Both the position numbers and the translations under genes were made by a program. The notes under the pieces are model-generated. The model saw nothing but the letters and a program-made list of their open reading frames with translations, made no database searches and was not told where the DNA came from. 39,582 nucleotides of DNA from a virus, in IMG/VR virus record IMGVR_UViG_3300045988_038540, one strand, 5' to 3'. Shown in pieces: positions 6,572 to 15,541 of the stretch. Each line of letters starts with the position of its first letter. The stretch's first letter is position 1.

Positions 6572-7261
6572 TTATTTCATCAGCTCCCAAAGCCGATGCA
6601 ACATAGTGCACATCTGCTGCCGGATAACGGGCTGGGAGAGCATCAGGTCCCCCTCGCTGTTGCCCGTCAGGATGCCGTTTGCAATGGCCCATTCCACGCC
6701 CTCCTTGTGGGCGGGAGACGGTGTATTGTCCATGATCTTGACCTCCAGTCTCTTCTTGAACTCTGCCCACTTCTGGGCGCTCACCAAGTACGACGGGCAG
6801 TGCTTCCCTGTCACATCAAAGTGACGGTACACGTTCTCAATGGGGATGCCGTACTTTTCCATCAGAGCCCGGCCCAGGGCGGCAGCGTTGGCAAGAGTTG
6901 CTTCGCTGGCCTGATAGACACCGTTCCGGATGGTGTCACACATCTCAATGCTGATAGAGTTGGTATTGGTGATGACGCCGTACATGGTGCCGCCGCCAGT
7001 CTTGTCGGCGTTGGCGTACTTGCTGCCGCCGACGGACCACGCAATCTTCAGATCGGGGACGGACAGATATACGGTGGTATCGTCCACAAAGTAATGGGCA
7101 CTGGCCTTGACGATGTTCCGCTGGAAGTACGCGGCGTTGTTTGCCGCCTTGTCCCCGTCATTCCCGGTGTAGTGGTACACCAGATATCGGATTTGGCTGG
7201 CGTTCCGGGAACCGCCATAGTTCCCGGGGTTCGCCAGCTGCTCCTTTCGCGTGTAACTCAC
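6572..7261 (-). CDS. Endolysin: N-acetylmuramoyl-L-alanine amidase (Amidase_2/PGRP type) with a C-terminal SLH-like repeat
   Basis: YLVYHYTGN, AHYFVDD, ISIEMCD and RHFDVTGKHCP motifs; C-terminal AHKEGVEWAIANGILTG...; GTGA overlap with the holin. Confidence 0.85.
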   Translation of the reverse strand: MSYTRKEQLANPGNYGGSRNASQIRYLVYHYTGNDGDKAANNAAYFQRNIVKASAHYFVDDTTVYLSVPDLKIAWSVGGSKYANADKTGGGTMYGVITNTNSISIEMCDTIRNGVYQASEATLANAAALGRALMEKYGIPIENVYRHFDVTGKHCPSYLVSAQKWAEFKKRLEVKIMDNTPSPAHKEGVEWAIANGILTGNSEGDLMLSQPVIRQQMCTMLHRLWELMK

Positions 7262-7464
7262 TGGCTATCACCGCCGCTTTGCTGGGCGCGCTTTTCCGCC
7301 TGTGTCCCAAAATAGAACGCGATCACCACGGTGAACACCGTCAAGAACTGCTCTGCCGTCACGCCGCCAGTGCAGGTCAGGTAGGCAAACACCGCCGTCA
7401 GGGTGATGGTGACAATGCTCTTGACTGCCAGCAGATTGCCCAGGCGCTTCTTCAGTGTCTCCAT
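7258..7464 (-). CDS. Holin, 68 aa, two transmembrane segments
   Basis: ATG at 7464 is 5 nt after GAGGAGGG; two hydrophobic helices plus a charged C-terminus; directly upstream of the amidase. Confidence 0.75.
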   Translation of the reverse strand: METLKKRLGNLLAVKSIVTITLTAVFAYLTCTGGVTAEQFLTVFTVVIAFYFGTQAEKRAQQSGGDSQ

Positions 7465-7465
7465 A

Positions 7466-7789
7466 TCAGCCCTCCTCATAAAGGATGGTGAGTCCGTATG
7501 CGGTGGCCGCCTCATGCTCGATCCTGCACCCACGGGCCTTTTCCCAGCCCTTGCAGAAGTAGGCTGCATGGCAGAGGCTCATGTTTTCCAGAGACTTTGC
7601 GAGAAAGCACAGGGGAATCTGGACGACCCCGCGCTCCTCCATCTTCTCTTTGCTATACCACTCGTCTGTAAATAGGGTGTTCACAATCTCGTATCCCTTT
7701 TCTTTCAGGGCAGAGATCGCTTTCTCTCTGGTTGCGATGATTTCTTCATCGGTTTTTCCAGCCATCGGCTGGGACAGCATAGCTTTCAT
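7466..7789 (-). CDS. DUF4406-like (nucleoside 2-deoxyribosyltransferase-like fold) protein
   Basis: LSQPMAGKTDEEI...GYEIVN...KGWEKARGCRIEHEAATAYGL pattern, recalled from that family. Confidence 0.45.
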   Translation of the reverse strand: MKAMLSQPMAGKTDEEIIATREKAISALKEKGYEIVNTLFTDEWYSKEKMEERGVVQIPLCFLAKSLENMSLCHAAYFCKGWEKARGCRIEHEAATAYGLTILYEEG

Positions 7790-7792
7790 GTC

Positions 7793-8128
7793 TTACACCT
7801 CCGGCTCCACCAGGGTGTCGCCCTTCAGCTCGTACTTGTGGCCGGCGATGTACACCAGAGCATATTCCTCGCCCATGTTCACATCCACGGTCTTGCCGCC
7901 TACCACATACACCTTCTCCATGCAGCCCACGCCGTGGTCCATCAGGCCGTAGCCGTTGACGGTGTCGGGGGTATCCCCTGCCGTGGTCGCCACAAACTCT
8001 TCCTGAGTGATGACGTTGCGGTTGGGGTCCAGGGTAAAGCCCGCACCTGCCTTTTTCAGAGCCTCGTTCGCCTCGGACAGAGCCATTTCGCCAGTGGTGT
8101 ACTTGTTCAGAATTTCGTTGGTAGTCAT
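7793..8128 (-). CDS. Hypothetical protein, 111 aa
   Basis: Clean ORF in the operon; no recognisable motif. Confidence 0.6.
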   Translation of the reverse strand: MTTNEILNKYTTGEMALSEANEALKKAGAGFTLDPNRNVITQEEFVATTAGDTPDTVNGYGLMDHGVGCMEKVYVVGGKTVDVNMGEEYALVYIAGHKYELKGDTLVEPEV

Positions 8129-8146
8129 AAGTAAGCTCCTTTCAAA

Positions 8147-8473
8147 TTACAGCCCAATGCGGGCCAAAATAAACGCAATCACAGCCGCCAGAACCGCCCA
8201 TACGGACTTGTCCACGATGGCTTCCCACCGCTTTTTCGGCTTGGCCTGCTCGGCCTCCTGCCATGCGATCAGCCGGTCCAGCTTCTCCATGATATTGTCG
8301 TACTGCTCATTCCGGGCGGCCTCCGCCTTTTCCAGTTCCCGCATCCGGTCAAAGAGTTCTTTGTGTGTGCTGCGGGATGCCTCCCGCCATTCCGACATCT
8401 GCTTTTCCAGCATGTTGGCTTTCTGGAGGCCCAGGCAATCCCTCTGCGGGTCCAGAATACACTTCTCGTCCAT
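8147..8473 (-). CDS. XhlA-like lysis-associated membrane protein (coiled coil plus C-terminal TM)
   Basis: AGGAGG RBS; long charged helix then VWAVLAAVIAFILARIGL; sits upstream of holin/amidase as in PBSX xhlA. Confidence 0.45.
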   Translation of the reverse strand: MDEKCILDPQRDCLGLQKANMLEKQMSEWREASRSTHKELFDRMRELEKAEAARNEQYDNIMEKLDRLIAWQEAEQAKPKKRWEAIVDKSVWAVLAAVIAFILARIGL

Positions 8474-8486
8474 TGTTGGGGCCTCC

Positions 8487-8642
8487 TTACTCTGCCACCT
8501 CCGCAGTCAGCATCTTACTGAGGGCGCTGTATTCCTCTGGGGTCAGCCTGTCGGCCGCGAGATACACGTCCATCTTCTCCTGAAGGCCCTCGGTCCGCCC
8601 CCGGTCAATCAGCAGCTTGCAAAGATTGTATACAGTTGTCAT
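8487..8642 (-). CDS. XkdX-like small phage protein, 51 aa
   Basis: Not in the track; GGAAGGAG RBS 7 nt upstream; ...DRLTPEEYSALSKML resembles the XkdX ITxEEY motif. Confidence 0.5.
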   Translation of the reverse strand: MTTVYNLCKLLIDRGRTEGLQEKMDVYLAADRLTPEEYSALSKMLTAEVAE

Positions 8643-8660
8643 GGTCCTGCTCCTTCCTTG

Positions 8661-8930
8661 TCATACAGTAGTTGTGGTGAGTTCCAGCATACACAGGCGT
8701 TCCTCATGGTCTGCCAGCATATCAAGAGTAATGTCCTCGGCTCCAGGTTCCGGCTCCGGCTGTCCATCGTCCTCCACGGTAATCTGCCCTTGATATGCCT
8801 CCGCCTGGGCGATAGCGTAATTCGCTTCCGTGTAGGGCATCGTAACACCGGAGAGCACCGTCTCGATGTCCGGTTCCTCGGGGGTGCCGTGGTTGACTTC
8901 TGTCGCCAGCTGGTATTTGATGATCTTCAT
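8661..8930 (-). CDS. Hypothetical protein, 89 aa, downstream of the fibre gene
   Basis: ATGA overlap with the upstream gene. Confidence 0.6.
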   Translation of the reverse strand: MKIIKYQLATEVNHGTPEEPDIETVLSGVTMPYTEANYAIAQAEAYQGQITVEDDGQPEPEPGAEDITLDMLADHEERLCMLELTTTTV

Positions 8931-9814
8931 GTGCCCTCCTTCCAGTATTTCAAGAATAAGGTGAAGTTTAATCCGACTGTACGGCCAGACCCGACCGAAA
9001 TTGTGAACTTCCCATTCCCGTTTTGTGTAAACAGGCCAAGATAGTTTGATGCGTCGAAAACAGATTCTCCAAAAAGCCCCGGAATTTGCGTTCCGTTATC
9101 CAATACGCCATAGCAATCCAGCATCTTTACCTGGCCGCTGGTATCCGGGATTTGGACGTTAATCTTCTTTGACGAGCTGTTCGGGAACCCCCCGCCGTTC
9201 ACGGCCATCACAAACACAGGTTTGTTGCTGTACCGCTCAGTGGTGCGGTACTCGACGCCTAACTGCATGGGGGGATTGATCCACTCCCAAGGATGCCACC
9301 CTCCAAAAAGATAGTGATGGGCTCGCCGAGCACTTATCAGGCCCTTGTCACTCCCGTAGCGATATGCAGTTTGAAACACAATCTCATCAGCGCATGCGCA
9401 CACCAGTACAAGCCAACCAGGAACATTGTCCGGAGCGTGTACGGCCTCCCCACCCGCGCCATTCATGTACCATCCGTTTTTTGTGGCATCATTCAGGTCC
9501 GAAATGTTAACAGCAACTGTTCCCAACCCGAACCCCGCAGGCGCCTTATTAGACAAAGCCGCCGCAACACCTCCAGACTGGACAGGTTTCGTACTGTCTT
9601 CTGTTGGTGCAGCATCCGTCGGGACTGATAACCTAGTTGTGGAGCCGCTTTGAGACAACTCGATATTGTTTCCTGCCTCAATAATTAAGGCATTGACACC
9701 ATTAATAGTAGCTGCTGGTCCAGCAGGCCCTTGGATACCCTGTGCGCCCTGCGGTCCAGGTTCCCCTTGTGCTCCCTGTGGGCCTACAACCTGGCCCAAA
9801 TCAATCTGCGGCAT
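8927..9814 (-). CDS. Collagen-like (GXY repeat) tail fibre / receptor-binding protein
   Basis: GPQGAQGEPGPQGAQGIQGPAGP near the N-terminus, globular C-terminal domain; AAAGGAGGG RBS. Confidence 0.75.
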   Translation of the reverse strand: MPQIDLGQVVGPQGAQGEPGPQGAQGIQGPAGPAATINGVNALIIEAGNNIELSQSGSTTRLSVPTDAAPTEDSTKPVQSGGVAAALSNKAPAGFGLGTVAVNISDLNDATKNGWYMNGAGGEAVHAPDNVPGWLVLVCACADEIVFQTAYRYGSDKGLISARRAHHYLFGGWHPWEWINPPMQLGVEYRTTERYSNKPVFVMAVNGGGFPNSSSKKINVQIPDTSGQVKMLDCYGVLDNGTQIPGLFGESVFDASNYLGLFTQNGNGKFTISVGSGRTVGLNFTLFLKYWKEGT

Positions 9815-9828
9815 GACACAGCCCTCCT

Positions 9829-10425
9829 TTAAGCAATATTTAGGTAGAGATGCCCGTCCTCTCCAATCTCAAAGTCGGGCGCGGAATCTCCGGTATAGTA
9901 CAAGATCAAATGCCCATTTTCGTCTATGTTGAAAGCATATTGCCCTTCAGCCGCAACAGCTACGCCGCTGGGGCCTTGAGGGCCGGGCGGACCCTGAATT
10001 CCCTGCTGGCCTTGTGGTCCAGGCTCCCCCTGTTTGCCTCGCGGAATCCCGAAAGCAATGTGGAAAGATTCTGCAACCGCTTTTTTGGTGGCTGTGGCGT
10101 TGCTTTCAGGCGGTAAAGTTTCTGCCGATACGGTCATATTCTCAATGGCGTTTTTGGCGGTCTCAGCGGCATCTTTCGCGTTTTCCGCGCCTGTCCTTGC
10201 TTCCTCTGCCGCTTCTTTGGCTACGTCAGCTCCCTGTTTTGCAAGCTGCGCTTCTTCTGCCGCTTTTTGAGCCGCCGAAACTGACTCTGCAGCCGCAGCT
10301 TGCGCAAACTTTTTGATTAGCTCTCCCTTGATACTACGCGCCTGTGATTGTTGCTCTACAACTAGCAGGCTATCATTATCAAGTTGGGAAGCTACGGGAA
10401 GAGAACCTATCGTTTTGTCAGCCAT
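9829..10425 (-). CDS. Tail fibre protein with an Ala/Glu-rich coiled coil and a collagen-like GXY stretch
   Basis: Start MADKTIG at 10425; GKQGEPGPQGQQGIQGPPGPQGPSG. Confidence 0.7.
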   Translation of the reverse strand: MADKTIGSLPVASQLDNDSLLVVEQQSQARSIKGELIKKFAQAAAAESVSAAQKAAEEAQLAKQGADVAKEAAEEARTGAENAKDAAETAKNAIENMTVSAETLPPESNATATKKAVAESFHIAFGIPRGKQGEPGPQGQQGIQGPPGPQGPSGVAVAAEGQYAFNIDENGHLILYYTGDSAPDFEIGEDGHLYLNIA

Positions 10426-10585
10426 GCTTCTTCTCCGTTTCCTCCGGAGCGGATAGTTCCACCACGCGGCGCAGTTTAGCTCTAATAGCTGCAATGGCAT
10501 CCACGGCGTCTCCGCTAACAGTCAGTGAGGACAAGATTGCATAGGCACCGGATGCCTCTTCATGGATTTTGGTCAAATCAGCCAT
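10418..10585 (-). CDS. Small hypothetical protein, 55 aa, translationally coupled on both sides
   Basis: Not in the track; GGAGG 9 nt upstream; both junctions read ATGGCTGA (start overlaps the upstream stop, stop overlaps the downstream start). Confidence 0.5.
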   Translation of the reverse strand: MADLTKIHEEASGAYAILSSLTVSGDAVDAIAAIRAKLRRVVELSAPEETEKKHG

Positions 10586-12017
10586 TCAATTTTTCCTCCA
10601 AATCTTTAATCTTTTTTTCGAGTTGATGGATTTTAGCAATCGCCATAATCTGAATCTCCCCATAGCGCAGAGTATAAAGACCGTCCGGCCGTTCCTCGCC
10701 AGGCGGCTCCGTGCAAAGCGCCGCGAAGTCGCTCTCCGGGATACCTTCGTCCGCCAGGGCCTCCTGCACTTCCTGGGCGATCAGGCCCAGGTGGCGGCGT
10801 TTGTGCCCATCATAGACAAAGGTGCAGGGCTTCAGCCGGTCAAATACACCCAGGTATTTCTCTACGTCATATTGCTTTTCTGTTTTCAGCCGCGCGTCGG
10901 AGGTTGTGGCTGGCTCCCCGTTGATGAATACCGTGTCCCCGGTGATGGAGACCTGCGTCGCGGTGCACACCACCGTGGAAACGCCGTCATATCCCATCCG
11001 GGCGCCATTGGTGGTGCAGATCACCACCGCCGCCTCGTTGCTGCTGGCGATGGCAATGCCCGCCGTGGAGCTCCCCGAAGCCGTCATGCCGGACATATAT
11101 CCGATATATCCGCCGAATGAACTTCCACCGGATGTTCGGTACACATCCATTTTGCCGCCCAGGTGGATGTAATTGGCGCTAACTTGGCCAGTCCGAATAC
11201 AATCGCCAGAAATCAAAGTGGTGCCAGACGAAAGATCACTCTCGAAAACGATATCTCCTGTAAATCTGATAGTTTTAGAAGCCACGGTAATCCCGTTAAT
11301 CTCTAAACTAATCCTGGAAGATGCTGTACTATTGGAAACTTCTAGGGTGATAGAATCTATGGTCTGTTGGATTTGGGATATTTGGTTATCCAATCCCTGC
11401 ACTGTGCTGGTGATGCTATCCAGTTTGATATCAATGGACGCGGAAAGCCCGTCAATTTCGTTTTTGACTTCCAGCCGGATTTCCTCGGCTGTTTTGGTGA
11501 TTAGGGAGTGGGTGTGGGCGAGCTGTCGGTTTGTTTCACGGCGTTCTTTGGATTCATAAGGGTATTCATCGTCAATTTCGTCCGATTCAGGGGCGGAAAT
11601 GGTTGGAGCACAGGCTCGGTCAAATAAGTTGTTGATAGAGGCGATTACCGAATAATATCCGCCTACCGTCACCGCGTCCCCAATTTCTGCTGCAGGATCC
11701 AAAAGTGCATCCGTCGCTGTATAAGGCTGATATGTTTTCCCGCTGATAGCGGCCAGGATACTGTTCGCCATCTCCTGCGTGCCCCATGGGCAGGTTACTT
11801 CGATAGCCCGGCCGGTATCGTCTCCAGCGGTATAGTAATGGTCGCTGTCTACGGACAAGTTGACTCTGCTGATGTTGGCGGGTATGTCTCCTGTCTCTAG
11901 CTCCCCGACGTGGGGCCCCAAAAAAAATTTGTCAGACAAGGATTCTGTCACCCCCAAACGTGATTGCAAAGCCGTTTTCCTCAACCAGATAATACGTTTC
12001 TGGAGGAATGTCGCCAT
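10578..12017 (-). CDS. Tail tip/spike protein with a C-terminal S74-type intramolecular chaperone domain; 5' end probably continuous with 11932..12630
   Basis: C-terminal SDARLK...HLGLIAQEV...LRYGEIQIMAIAKIHQLEKKIKDLE; no credible RBS at 12017; 86-nt overlap with the upstream ORF. Confidence 0.7.
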   Translation of the reverse strand: MATFLQKRIIWLRKTALQSRLGVTESLSDKFFLGPHVGELETGDIPANISRVNLSVDSDHYYTAGDDTGRAIEVTCPWGTQEMANSILAAISGKTYQPYTATDALLDPAAEIGDAVTVGGYYSVIASINNLFDRACAPTISAPESDEIDDEYPYESKERRETNRQLAHTHSLITKTAEEIRLEVKNEIDGLSASIDIKLDSITSTVQGLDNQISQIQQTIDSITLEVSNSTASSRISLEINGITVASKTIRFTGDIVFESDLSSGTTLISGDCIRTGQVSANYIHLGGKMDVYRTSGGSSFGGYIGYMSGMTASGSSTAGIAIASSNEAAVVICTTNGARMGYDGVSTVVCTATQVSITGDTVFINGEPATTSDARLKTEKQYDVEKYLGVFDRLKPCTFVYDGHKRRHLGLIAQEVQEALADEGIPESDFAALCTEPPGEERPDGLYTLRYGEIQIMAIAKIHQLEKKIKDLEEKLNG

Positions 12018-12630
12018 ACTTCACTAGCAGCAATTTCCCTTCATCGGTGATAATCCAATTCCCGGCGTTGGATACGGCGATATAGCCCAGTACCTCCCGC
12101 ATGGTCAAGTCACCGTTTTCGTCCACGGGATAATCCACAGGGAATGATGTTGTCAGAACCGTTCTAGGGTCTACCTCTACCCCCATCCGGTAGGCAATAT
12201 CTTCTGCCGCTTCCTGCTGTGACATGGGCCAGTTTTCAGTATCATAATCGGAGTTGAGCCATACCGACTCTGCTTTCAACATAGCGTCATATCCAGTAAT
12301 AGTCAGGCTTCCCGTTCGCTTGTCTTTCGTCCTAGTGGAGATAAAAAATACGCCTTTTTCCAACCATTCGGACCGCTGTTCCCCCAAGGCCAACCGAACA
12401 AAAACTTTTATTTGAGCCTGTCTCGGGATAGCTCCGGTCGGTAGTATTTCAAGGTCAATCTGCCGGGCGGCGCAATTTCCGATTCCGGGAGCAGTAAAAA
12501 GTCCACCGGATGTCCGGACAGAGACAATGTTTTCCTGTCCATACTCCACCCCTGCAATGTTCAGTTTGGTTTCCTTATAGTGGTTCGGGTTGGATAGTAT
12601 TTCTTTATAGAGATCGCTTGTAAGCTGCAT
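11932..12630 (-). CDS. Tail tip (Tal-like) N-terminal segment
   Basis: ATGA coupling to the Dit-like gene; position after TMP/Dit; ends 17 nt after a G5 tract. Confidence 0.5.
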   Translation of the reverse strand: MQLTSDLYKEILSNPNHYKETKLNIAGVEYGQENIVSVRTSGGLFTAPGIGNCAARQIDLEILPTGAIPRQAQIKVFVRLALGEQRSEWLEKGVFFISTRTKDKRTGSLTITGYDAMLKAESVWLNSDYDTENWPMSQQEAAEDIAYRMGVEVDPRTVLTTSFPVDYPVDENGDLTMREVLGYIAVSNAGNWIITDEGKLLLVKYGDIPPETYYLVEENGFAITFGGDRILV

Positions 12631-12995
12631 CAGTTTGCCCTCATTTGGATTTCTCCGCCCTTGTAGTACCGCTTTCCGTTCACGGATTTCAGGCCAAACT
12701 CCGCCTCAAGGTTGTTGGTGATGCGCATAGACCTTGTAATATCTGCTGCACTATATGGGTCGGTAAAAGTAACCGTCTGTGTCTGTTCTGCCAGCGCATC
12801 GTAAACAGACGAGGCCAAGTCATCGTCAAGGGGCAAAAGAGAGAAATCCACGATTGCTCTTTTCGGTGCAGAAAATGGATGCTCCACATTGTCAAGTGTT
12901 GTAATGATCTTCTGGTAGGAAACCTCCCACGTCACTTTATAGGTGGATAGCTTGGAGGATAAGTCCAGAGTCCCGATTTTGAATGTAACATTCAT
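12630..12995 (-). CDS. Small distal-tail (Dit-like) component, 121 aa
   Basis: Immediately follows the TMP; call is by position only. Confidence 0.4.
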   Translation of the reverse strand: MNVTFKIGTLDLSSKLSTYKVTWEVSYQKIITTLDNVEHPFSAPKRAIVDFSLLPLDDDLASSVYDALAEQTQTVTFTDPYSAADITRSMRITNNLEAEFGLKSVNGKRYYKGGEIQMRAN

Positions 12996-13003
12996 ATCAT
13001 CAC

Positions 13004-14914
13004 CTACGTTCCGTAAGCCCGCTGTTTATTGCGGCTATACTGATAAGCAGTTTCGCCGATAACTTTACCGTCAAGGACCGACTGCACCGTGATTGTAAAG
13101 TTCTTACCCATTGTGGCCGCTATGTTATTAAATGCATTGGATAATCCAGACTGCGACCGGCCCAACATGGAAGAGGAGTAGTCAACATTAGCGGTTCCGA
13201 AATTCAAGCCATTCTCAATGTCGCGCCGAATATGACTATACTCATTGTCCCAGCCATCCCCTAGTCCAAGGGCCATGTTTTTGCCCATGTCTGCAAAGAC
13301 CGTGGACGGGGAGTGGATGCCAAGCAATCCCTTTACTCCATCGACAATCCCGGAGAAAAATCCTGTTACTTTGTTTTTAATCCAGGTTGCCATGTTCTGG
13401 ATGCCTTCCCAAATTCCCTGCACAATGTTTTCACCGATATCTACAATACTTCCCATTAGATTTCCAATACCGTTCACAATGGCAGAGATAATCTGTGGCA
13501 ATACAGCAACCAACTGTGGGATAGCAGATACAATGCCGGATGCAAGGTTTACAAGCACGCTAATTCCGGCGTTCACAATGGCTGGGAGATTATCTGCTAT
13601 AAACCCAGTAATGGCGGAGATAACCTGCGGCAGAGACGAAACAAGAGACGAAATGGAGTTTATAATTCCATCTTGCAGAGAAGTCAAAATCTGAACGCCC
13701 ATGTCCAAGATAGATGGGAGATTTTCTGCAATGAAATTCAGGATTCCTTCTATGATCTGCGGCAATCTGGAAATTAAATCCGGAATTCCGGTTTCGATTC
13801 CACTTGTGAACATAGAGAGCAGCTGTGTGCCTGCTGTTGCCAACTGCGGCCCAGCGGAAACAATGCTTGTGTATAGGGCAGAAACAATTTCCGGAACAGA
13901 CGCCGCCAGTTGGGGAAGAGCGCTGATAATGCCCGCCACCAGACCCACAAGAAGCTGCGCCCCGGCGCTGATAAGCGATGGTAAAACTGTGGAAATCATT
14001 TCAGGAAGCGTCTGAGCAATTATTGTGCCCATATCTGCAATAACTTGCCCAATTCCGCCCAAAATTATTTTTACTCTTGGAAGAATATTACTTAGCGCAG
14101 TTTCGACAGTGTCCGCAAATTCATATGTAAGGCTTCCTAGGTCTCCGTTATCATTTGCAATGCCGACAAGCAGATTATCCCACGCTGCTCTCATCATCCC
14201 GACAGAGCCTTCAATGGTTGTTGCGGCCTCTTTAGCAGTAGTGCCAGTGATTCCCATGTTCTCTTGCACCGCATGGATAGCAGTAATCACATCGGAGAAT
14301 TTAGATGGGTCTAATGCCTGTCCGGTCAATTCCTCTGCATCCGCAACCAGGCGTTCCAGTTCGGACTTTGTGCCACCGTACCCCAGTTTCAGGTTGTCCA
14401 GCATAGCGTAGTTTCCGCGCATGAGGGATTGGTAAGTCTGCTGGATGCTCTCAATGTCCGTGCCCATCTTGTTAGCATTGTCAGACATATCCATGATGGC
14501 CTGATTGGCGTACTCAGCCGCCGCCTGTGTATCCCCGCCCAGAGATTGGATCAGAGAGGCGGAAAACGCTGTCGCCTGCTCCATGTATGTGTTTGCAGAT
14601 ACGCCAGCAGTTTTATATGCGTTCGACGCATATTGCTGGATCGTATCGGACGCATCCTTAAACAGAGTATCTACGCCGCCCACAAGCTGCTCATACTCCG
14701 CATACTGGTCAATAGAGGATTTTGTGAGTGCCGCTACTCCAGAAGCAGCCGCAGTCAAAGCCGCTGCGCCTACCTTTGCTGCCGTAGACAGGCCGTTTTT
14801 CAGTTTGTCAGCAAACGACTCTGTATTTCTGCTGGCTTCGTCTAGGTTATCATCATAATCACTTGTATCCAGAATAATCCGGGCAAATAATTCAAACAGG
14901 TTCAGCGTCTCCAC
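13004..14914 (-). CDS. Tape measure protein
   Basis: 636 aa, Ala/Ile/Ser-rich helical repeats (ISALPQLAASVPEIVSAL-type); follows the G/T chaperones. Confidence 0.85.
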   Translation of the reverse strand: METLNLFELFARIILDTSDYDDNLDEASRNTESFADKLKNGLSTAAKVGAAALTAAASGVAALTKSSIDQYAEYEQLVGGVDTLFKDASDTIQQYASNAYKTAGVSANTYMEQATAFSASLIQSLGGDTQAAAEYANQAIMDMSDNANKMGTDIESIQQTYQSLMRGNYAMLDNLKLGYGGTKSELERLVADAEELTGQALDPSKFSDVITAIHAVQENMGITGTTAKEAATTIEGSVGMMRAAWDNLLVGIANDNGDLGSLTYEFADTVETALSNILPRVKIILGGIGQVIADMGTIIAQTLPEMISTVLPSLISAGAQLLVGLVAGIISALPQLAASVPEIVSALYTSIVSAGPQLATAGTQLLSMFTSGIETGIPDLISRLPQIIEGILNFIAENLPSILDMGVQILTSLQDGIINSISSLVSSLPQVISAITGFIADNLPAIVNAGISVLVNLASGIVSAIPQLVAVLPQIISAIVNGIGNLMGSIVDIGENIVQGIWEGIQNMATWIKNKVTGFFSGIVDGVKGLLGIHSPSTVFADMGKNMALGLGDGWDNEYSHIRRDIENGLNFGTANVDYSSSMLGRSQSGLSNAFNNIAATMGKNFTITVQSVLDGKVIGETAYQYSRNKQRAYGT

Positions 14915-15541
14915 CCCCTATCCGTGCGATTTTTTCTTTCATGTTCCCGATGATCTCTTCCGGGGTGCGGTTTTCCTCCGGCTTCGGTCGAATAAGGTCG
15001 TAATACCTGATCTTCATATAACTGCCGCCGGAGTATTTTGCAGTATTCTCCGCAAGGATTTTCAGCACGTCAGTCATATAAACCCGGTACGCCTTGTCTT
15101 TTGCGTCTTGTTCAAACCGTGCAAAGACGTACCGGGAAAAAGCCTTTACGCTCCGGGGGCCTCGGTACTCTCCTGCGCAGAGCCAGAGGAATCCCCGCTC
15201 TGCGCTGATATAAAAAGCGTTGTGAACGTTTCGTCGGTCAGCAGATCAATGGTGTCCTTGATGAGCTTGACGAGGTTCAGCGTGCCTGTGTATGCCTCTG
15301 GAGTGGTCCCTTCGATGGTGGACAAGATTGAGATAATGTCGCCCTTGTGGCCCTTCAGGAGGGCAGGAGCGGCCTTTCTTGCCCTCTGCAACAGGAATTT
15401 CTTGGCCGTCATGCCTTCCGGCAGCTTTTCTCGCTTGAACAGATCAGACGCCACCTCATCCTCCGCAATGTTGGCAATCGGATCGATAATATCGGCGATC
15501 ACGTCCAGCGTCCGCTCACCCTTGATATCAGACAGTCTCAT
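14892..15541 (-). CDS. Tail assembly chaperone G-T fusion via -1 programmed frameshift (T part 14892 to about 15236)
   Basis: The -1 frame is open from about 15236 to 14892 and has no RBS of its own; candidate slip sites are CUU-UUU-A (15212..15216 A5 on plus) and GCC-CCC-GGA (15153..15159). Confidence 0.55.
15146..15541 (-). CDS. Tail assembly chaperone (gpG-like), 131 aa
   Basis: ATGA overlap with the major tail gene; acidic; lies between the major tail gene and TMP. Confidence 0.7.
   Translation of the reverse strand: MRLSDIKGERTLDVIADIIDPIANIAEDEVASDLFKREKLPEGMTAKKFLLQRARKAAPALLKGHKGDIISILSTIEGTTPEAYTGTLNLVKLIKDTIDLLTDETFTTLFISAQSGDSSGSAQESTEAPGA

Noticed and set aside
8007-9044. A long plus-strand ORF (345 aa). 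Similar antisense ORFs occur at 3173..4060, 6365..7315, 17141..18022, 17947..18792, 19039..20046 and 20954..22249.
   Set aside because: All lie antisense to well-supported, RBS-coupled minus-strand genes. They lack SD sequences and translate to Arg/Ser/Pro/His-rich nonsense typical of the reverse frame of GC-rich coding DNA.
8927-10425. GXY triplet repeats as a possible diversity-generating or hypervariable cassette
   Set aside because: There is no reverse transcriptase and no template/variable repeat pair anywhere in the window. The repeats are ordinary collagen-like fibre stalks.
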